In this document: positions 56,624-64,000 of the stretch, piece after piece
Position numbering within the stretch: position 1 is the first letter of the stretch
How the letters are laid out: each line of letters begins with the position of its first letter
From: the human T2T-CHM13v2.0 reference genome, Homo sapiens
Direction: 5' to 3' (one strand)
DNA length: 64,000 nucleotides
NCBI RefSeq assembly: GCF_009914755.1
Contig: NC_060927.1
The notes under the pieces: generated by a model
What the model saw: only the letters and a program-made list of their open reading frames with translations
What the model was told of the DNA's origin: nothing
Databases searched by the model: none
Position numbers and translations under genes: made by a program

Positions 56624-57884
56624 ATTTTTACAATTTTTACATATGAAATATAACAATCTTTTCCTCTATGGCATCTGTCTTTTGTGTCCTGTTTAGAAAG
56701 GTCCTCTCTAACCCAAGAGGTAAAAAACATTCTCCAAATCTTCATGTTTTTTTGGTTTTGTTTTCCTTACATATCTTCTAAAGTAAGGTATTTTTGTGAA
56801 TGGTGTCATATAAGAATCTAATTTTTAATGTTAAAGTTATTGATGGATTAAAAAATGCACACAGTAGTCATAAATTCATAAGGTAACTAGTTATGAATAG
56901 ACATAACAGAAACAATCTGAAACGTCACATTTTCATGCACTATGTATACATACACATACACAGGGTATCTTTTTGGACTCTACTTAGTTTCTAGTAATTT
57001 AATCTGTTTGTCTATTCTTGAGCTAGTACAACATAGTTCATTTTAATATATGTTTGGAGAAAATTCACCTCAGAAGGTAAGCTTCATGAGGGCAACCTAC
57101 CTATCCCTTAGAGATGATTAAATGAGTTAATACATGAAAGCAATTGGAACAATTCCTGGCACATAGTAAGAGCTCTCCAAATGGTTATTATTAAAGCCCA
57201 GTTCTACCATCATACTACATTTTAAGACCATCTTTGCTGGCTGCCTTCTTATATCTTTGGTTCACAACTGTATTCCCAGTGGCTAGACTAGTACCTGGCA
57301 CGTACTAGGATTTGCTAAATACAGGTTGAAAGTATGAGTAAATGCACAAACCTCAGGCATTCTGAGCCTCAATTTCTTGACTTTCTGTTTTTCTCTTGTT
57401 ACAATAGAGAAAGCTCAGATTTATAGTTGGAAGCCTCTCTAACGTAAAATAGGCTCAAAACAGTTTGTGCCCTCCTGGCTACCGTAATAAAACATCACTA
57501 AATCATTATTGTCATCAACAAATATGTGCAGAGCAGTATGGTAGATGCAGGGGATGCAAAGATTCTACACAAGACATACTCTCTGCTATTGTTCTGGTTG
57601 GGAAAGAAAAGTATGTTTATGTACATGTGTACACACACACACATACAAAAAAATATACTTAAGAATATCAGATATATGTTAAATGCTAAATAGATGACAC
57701 AGATAAGAATACAGGCCATAAAGTCAGAGGACTGGGCTTCTCTGAACCATTTTTCTTGCTGTAAACAAAATAGCAATTCCTACCTCCTAGAATGATTCTA
57801 TTTAGAAGAGAAGGCAGCCACCAAGATGGTCTTAAAATGTAGTATAAGTGTAGAGCTGGGCCTTAAATAATAACCATTTGGAGA

Positions 57885-58105
57885 CCTCTTATCATGCTCC
57901 AGGAATTGTTCTAATTGCTTTCATGTATTAACTCATTTAATCATTCCAACAACTCTAAGGAACAGATACTATTATTTTTTTCCCAATTTGAACAATGAGC
58001 ATACTTAAACTCTGGAGAATGTAATTAGCTGGCACAAAGTCACACTGTTAAGTATAAAGCAGGGGTTCAAACTAGAGCCACCATCTGCCTTAAAGCATTT
58101 AACTA
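57885..58105 (-). mobile_element. MIR
   Basis: tgtattaactcatttaatcattccaacaactct...caaagtcacac. Confidence 0.65.
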
Positions 58106-58390
58106 CGATATGAAACAGCTTCGGCACACCTTCAAAGGGTAGGATTTACACAGACAGGTTGAAGGAGACATAACCACCTACCCCAAAATCAATTGACAAA
58201 TGTGCCTAAGGCAGAAGGTGAGGGAGTGCAGTTGGATTGCGTAATTACCCTGAAAAACCACCTGTTATGGAAACCATCTGTAAACTTTCTCGAGTGTTTC
58301 TCCTATAATTCAACACTTCTCCCATCTTTACATTAAATTCATGAAATTTGACACAAAAAGACAATTATTTATCTATTTTAAGGCTACTAC

Positions 58391-58479
58391 CCTGTTGCCA
58401 GGCCACCGGGTCCGGCCCAGCCTTGATTCTTCGGGAATCACTTCTCCCTCGCCGCGCCTGTTACTGCCTCCACGGATCA
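58391..58479 (-). other. IQCB1: IQCB1 non-coding exon 2
   Basis: Acceptor ttttcctcacag|TGATCC and donor CAACAGG|gtagta. Confidence 0.7.
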
Positions 58480-58965
58480 CTGTGAGGAAAATAAATGAAA
58501 AGGAAATTCAGTGCGATCCTGTTGCGGCTGATCCTAAATGTCTGCAGTTGCTATCTCCGAATCCTCTTTCTCCTCCCCACTACACATCCCCTTCTCCAGT
58601 CCTAGGACCACAAGAAACTTCCTCTGGTACAAAAAGGTCAGAAAACGATTACTGAGGTAACAGCGTCGCTTCAAGTCTAAGGACCGAGATTCTGGGGCCT
58701 CTGGGCTCCTTTACTCCAGATTCTAGACCCGGCTTTCGCGCTACCAGGCCTTGGATAAGACACTAGGCCCTGTGCCTGGACACTGCACCTCCCCAGGCCT
58801 CAGTTTCCACACCAGATCTCTACAGAGTGGGCGTGAGGGCAGGCCGATTCTCCCGTTAAGAGCTCTTACAAGCCGGCTGACTTCGTCCAGGAGCCTGGGG
58901 TCCTGGCCTCCTGGTAGGCGCCCTGGGGCCCTCTCCCTCCCCAGCCACCACCTCAGATAAGTTAC

Positions 58966-59060
58966 CTCATCCTCGCTTCGCGTTCTTCCACTAAAGAACC
59001 TGGGGCGCCGCACTACAGCGCCGCGGCCTTCCGGGGCAGCGTGCGTCGCGACGCGGGAAG
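58966..59060 (-). other. IQCB1: IQCB1 non-coding exon 1 (5' boundary approximate)
   Basis: GC-rich segment in the CpG island ending in donor GATGAG|gtaact. Confidence 0.7.
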
Positions 59061-59279
59061 GGGCCTGGAGGCGGGACTAGGAGCCTCGGAGTCAAGGGGC
59101 GGAGCGCCCTTTGCTAATAAGCCAATCAGAACGTGAGACGCTCCGGTGGGGCGGTGCGCGTCGAGCGCGGGGTGGAGTCTGGGTGACTTGGCTGGCGGGA
59201 TCAAGTGCAGCTGCTTCAGGCTGAGGTGGCAGATAGTGAGCGCTGGTGGCGGAGTTAAAGTCAAAGCAGGAGAGTAATT

Positions 59280-59385
59280 ATGAATAGCGCAGCGGGATTC
59301 TCACACCTAGACCGTCGCGAGCGGGTTCTCAAGTTAGGGGAGAGTTTCGAGAAGCAGCCGCGCTGCGCCTTCCACACTGTGCGCT
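59280..59385 (+). CDS. EAF2: EAF2 (ELL-associated factor 2) first coding exon
   Basis: [35 protein letters not shown] followed by donor T|gtgagt; matches the recalled human EAF2 N-terminus; the rest of the window is intron 1. Confidence 0.94.
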
Positions 59386-61454
59386 GTGAGTGAGGACCAT
59401 CCGGGGATAGAGGGGGAGCCTCCCGGGATGGGGGTGAAGAGGCACAAACCCCTCTGGGTTTTGTTCCCACAGTACCCCTTACACTGTTGGAGACTACGGG
59501 GCGGGGAGGGGGGAGGCAGCGCGATCCTCTAACCTGCTCGGAGTCTTAGGGGGTCGGTGGAAGGAATCGGAGTAGAGCAAATGTGGGTAAACCCTGGACA
59601 GAGAGCGTTGAGACCAGCAGACAGGAAGGGAAAGTGTGAAAAAAGTCTGTAGAGGTGACTGTGGAGACAGACGTGACAGGTGGATGATGCAGGGGTGGAC
59701 AGGAAAATAATAAGGTGACAAATGGGAAGGGACTAAGGACCGAATGCCGGGGAACTTGAATGCCTTGAGGCTGGTGGGGCAATATTCTCTCTTTTCATCA
59801 CTTTTTCTCACCTCTGGCAGATGAGGGTTCTTATTTGGTGTGTTCTTTGCAAAGGGAGAAATTCTCAACCATCCCAATGATCTGTATATCTCTTTGGACC
59901 CCAGATTTCACTCAGTTATCAAATACTGATTATCAAAGTATTCGAGGGTGTGTTATTAATTTCTTTATTTGGAAGATGCTTACCTCCCTATGATTTCTAC
60001 CCTTTGGTTTTCTTTATGTCCTCTGGAACTAGTTTTAATAAATTATTCTCTTTTATGTTGTTGGAGTAGAAAAAGGAGCTCTTTTGCTTTAGCAGTTGGA
60101 TGATATAGATTCCAGGAAGGAAAATATAGCATATAAGTTTTTATGTGTAAGACATTCGTTTTTTGCATAACAACTGTCATAGAATTGTAGAGCGGGAAGG
60201 AAACTTCAAGATCACTGAATTATAACTTCTCATTTTTCTGTGGTAAAACTGTAAGTATTTTTTCACTTCCTTTCCCCAGCCTTGCCCTTCCTTAATATCT
60301 CATCATTCCGCCTTTCTCAGTCATTCTGTTCTCGGGTTGTTTAGAGACCTTTATGGTTTTTACTCTGAAATGTTCCATGGTTCAATCAAAACAACTAATT
60401 AAAGCATACATTCTCCCAAAAGTTTATTTAAGTTGTAGACAATTTAGTTATAGTTACTCAAAGTAAAGGTATGAAGAACCACTGGTTTTAACCCTGCAAG
60501 AATATATTTACTAAAAGGGTTTTTTTAAAGCAAAATTAACATCCAATTGGTAGAATAAATGGGTGAGATATTTGTGAACAGAAACTCTTCAACAGTGTCC
60601 CTTGTTTATTCTTCTTTATCATATACTTTCTCATCCAGAGCTCCCCACGATGAGATGGTGCTGTGCTGGCTCTGCAGTTTCTCTCTCTTCAGTCCCATTT
60701 TCCGGAAGTGTGATATGCGTCTTTATCTGGTTTTTCCATGCCTTTTTCTCAAATAGTATCTACTCTCTCCTTTTCTCTTCCTTCTCAGGTATGCAATAGT
60801 CTTAATATTAATTTTTCAAGTTACAAGGGCTTAAGATTATAAAAATTTGCTTAAGAATATATTTCTATATGATTTGGGTATATATTCTCTTATGTAGGGC
60901 ACAAATCCCAATTTAAATGAATAAAAAATTGCCTTTGAAAATAATCTTGCAGGTCCTTCACAGCCTTTCATTTATAAAGGTTCTGAAAATGCCAGTATCT
61001 TGAAAGTCAGAGGATCAGATGATCCAGCTACCAGAATGAAAATAAAAATAAGCAAAACAACAATAATGACAATAATAAATAAACAAACATACATGTTTGA
61101 ATACACACTTAGTCCTGTGGAAGACAGAACTATTAGAAAAGTTTTCAGTCCTTATTTTCTTTTATTGTTGTTGTTGAAGCAGGTGTGGTAATGGCACAGA
61201 ATCATTTTAGATTTATTTAAATAAAACTGTTTATTATTCTTGAGGACAGGTTCATTTCCAATGTAATCCTCACTCTTAAGAACTCAGAGTGAGGTTTGAA
61301 AATTGTAGAATAGTATGAAGCTGATGTTCATGCAGATAAGGGGGACCTAATTTATAACCAATCCTCAAGCCAATGTCATTGGAGAGAAAGTAATATTCTG
61401 CCTTTATTTACAGGAGCAATTCTGCCTGTCTGATATAAGACTTCAGGCAAACCC

Positions 61455-61660
61455 GGATGTGAATCCTGGTCTCCACCACCTATATATATAATGTGACTTT
61501 GGGAACATTCTCTAAGCTCTCAACCTCAGTTTTCTTATGGCTAAAAGATAATAGTAATATTTACATTTCATGGTTTGTGTAAGGATTAAATAAGATAGCA
61601 TAAACAACCTGGAACAATATTTGCCACAGGGTAGAGAATAAATAGTAGTCACCATTAATG
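61455..61660 (+). mobile_element. MIR
   Basis: gaatcctggtctccacc...tgtgactttggg...cctcagttttctt...aggattaaataagata. Confidence 0.65.
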
Positions 61661-63901
61661 TTGAAGAGTTATATTCATATGTGTACGAGGGGTGCTAATG
61701 AATGTAATTTAGTCAGACTTTGAAACAGCATTTATCAGAGTTTAGCAATAAAAACTATCAAAAAGATAGTCTGGCATGTGGTAGGAAGGGCATGGGATGT
61801 TCTATCAACGATAAGCTGAATGCTTAGCAACAGGTGCTTTACCGGGTAGAAGAGTTTCAATAACAGGACCTGCTAGAATCAATTTTGAATTGGAAGTAGT
61901 ACTAGTTTTACTATTTATATCCAGATAAGGCAATGAATTGTGAAATCCTAAGTTTGTAAATGACACCACTTTTTTGTGTCCTTAAATGATGAGCTAATGA
62001 GCAGTGTGGGTTTTGGAGTTGGTTGAATTCATTCAAATCCCAGAAAATAAACTGATGATAATAATTGTGGATTCTTATGAAAATATTGGCATTATGTGAT
62101 GTTACAGTTAAAATAATCAGAAAAGCGATAAACATTGGCAGAAAAGGTATTAAATACAAAGTAGAAAATGGTTTTCTACTCTTCATGCAATATAATAAGT
62201 AATTCCATTGTAAACCTGAAAAAATTGCATAGATGAAAGAAATCCAGAGAGAATAAATAAATGGTAAAGTTGGTGGTAGGGTTTCCAAACCAAGGAGAAC
62301 TGAGAAATGAACTATTTAGTCTGGAATCATAGCAACTTGGAAGAGAATATGTTTGACATTTAGAAGCATACAGAAAGTATGAATATGAGATTATTCAGCA
62401 AATTCTTTAATTCTGGAACTCAACCACTTGAAACTCGGAAGTTATATACTTTTAAAAAAGTGTGTGAGGACAAAAGACAACACTGCTTGATATAATGGGT
62501 AATAAAGAGTAGAGTTTATTAATCCTAACAGTAGAATAATTAGAAATGTAAATAGATTCAGAATAGTTTTGGCAGATTTATTGATTATGAATTCATGTTT
62601 ATCATTAAGTAAAGCTAAAGATATTTTGCATACATTTGTCTCTTGCAGATAATCTCATATACTATAGGCATCTATTTAGTCTTCAGGGACCTGTGAACCC
62701 CTTGGGATTGTACAGTATTTGATATGTATGTTCATATATGTATTTTTCTGTGGAGAGGATCAATGATTGGTCTATAATTTTCATCAGGTTTTCATAGGGA
62801 TGGATTTATGATTGTCTCTCATCTCCTAATACTGCTCCCCATACACATACATACAAGTTAAGATCTGTGGATGTAAGACAAACAGGCTATATAATATGAG
62901 GAGATAAATTATGTGGCTTGAGTTCCTGACTTCATCATTTATTGACTTCATTACTTTAGAGGAGTTCTCCATTAGTAAAAGGTGGGCAAAATGTTCAACC
63001 CAAAATTTTTTTTGTGAAGATTAAAATTGATAGTATATTGTAAAGAAAAAAATCACTTCATAAACACTAAAACAGAGGTTATAGATTAATAGCATATAGG
63101 CTGAGCTTGACTTTAGAAGTGCTTTGTTTGGTCCACACCATTGTTGTTTTATCTTGAGTTAGTTGCAAATACCTAACATTCAGGACCTTTTATATAAAAA
63201 ATCTAGATTTTCAGCTTATCTTTAAAAATCAGATGATAAGCTGGCAACATTGATCCCATATCTTCTCTTGGCAGCAGTTGGGTGGAGCAGAGTTATGAGA
63301 TTGGGTTTATTCATCCTCCGTGTGACTATGATTCCCACTGGTCAGCTTGACTGCCTGGGTTACCCTGCTGGCCTCTCTAAAGCATCATTTAGCTGTAGTT
63401 AAATGACAACCATACCTTCCAGTATTTCCCTTTGTGTTACTGTGAGAAAAATATTAGAAGTCAGAGGGCCATAGTTTTATTCTGGGATGTCATTTCTAAG
63501 GTTTTAAATATTTATCATAAAAAATTCTTTATTGTCAAATATTAATAATGGATGCTGTCTATGAGAACAGAAGTATACCGGTGAAAAGTATGAAAGGAAA
63601 ATGGCAGTCTAACCTAAAGAGATTGAGAGTTTTGAAGTAGAGATGAATCTGAGCCACAGAAAATAATTAGAAAACAAGTATTTTACACATAATTTGACAC
63701 TTTATATATACTTAAAATAAGTTTAGAAGTGATTCAGAGAAGAGTGAACAATATGAACCTGAATGAACTACAAGATCTCTTCTGTATCCATTACATTAAA
63801 AGCACTGTGCTAGAGCCACTATGTGGAGAAATTAAAGTATGAGTACTATGCTTTAAAAAATTACAATCTAATAGGACATGTCCACGAAAAGGTAAATAAT
63901 A

Positions 63902-64000
63902 GGTCGGGCACCGTGCCTCACGCCTGTAATCCCAGCACTTTGGGAGGCTGAGGAGGATGGATCACGAAAGTCAGCAATTCAAGACCAGCCTGTTCAAGAT
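63902..64000 (+). mobile_element. Alu (truncated by window end)
   Basis: ggtcgggcaccgtgcctcacgcctgtaatcccagcactttggg. Confidence 0.85.

Larger units (their letters stand above)
58400..59560. promoter_or_regulatory. CpG island / bidirectional IQCB1-EAF2 promoter
   Basis: High CpG density; GC box GGGGCGGAGC 59096-59105; CCAAT 59122-59126; ETS-like CCGGAAGG (minus, 59027-59034); palindrome GCGTCGCGACGC 59043-59054; no clear TATA box. Confidence 0.88.

Noticed and set aside
58341-59877. Several 70-127 aa ORFs around the promoter
   Set aside because: Expected from stop-poor GC-rich CpG-island sequence; only the EAF2 exon is recognisable
59386-64000. Further EAF2 exons
   Set aside because: No segment encoding the expected continuation (YDFKPAS...) was found; treated as intron 1

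Overview
Human (or very close great-ape) genomic DNA from the IQCB1 (NPHP5)/EAF2 head-to-head locus (human chr3q13.33, recognised from the translated exons). IQCB1 is on the minus strand. Two 5'-UTR exons (~59060-58966, 58479-58391) are followed by 11 coding exons, traced base by base with GT-AG junctions from the ATG at 52940 to the exon at 5836-5705 (codons 1-470). The last exons lie beyond the left edge. EAF2 starts on the plus strand (ATG 59280, first coding exon to 59385) across a CpG-island bidirectional promoter. The introns are mostly repeats: about 20 Alus, a full-length dead L1PA7/8-like element with TSDs (34967-41433), old L1M fragments, LTRs, DNA transposons, MIRs and microsatellites. 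Most notable observations: (1) an ~91% identical, in-frame, donor-less copy of IQCB1 exon 9 with its acceptor region, 1145 bp downstream in intron 9; (2) exons 3-5 total 405 nt, would form a stop-free circular ORF and are flanked by inverted Alus; (3) a decayed tRNA-Ala-like copy whose 5' end overlaps the L1 target site; (4) a probable locally templated insertion in the L1 5'UTR; (5) a uORF completed by splicing and an AG|GTAA recursive-splice-like site at the ATG exon; (6) an Asn393 allele next to an IQ motif. No prokaryotic or CRISPR system is present. Repeat subfamily names and reference sequences are recalled from memory and need confirmation.
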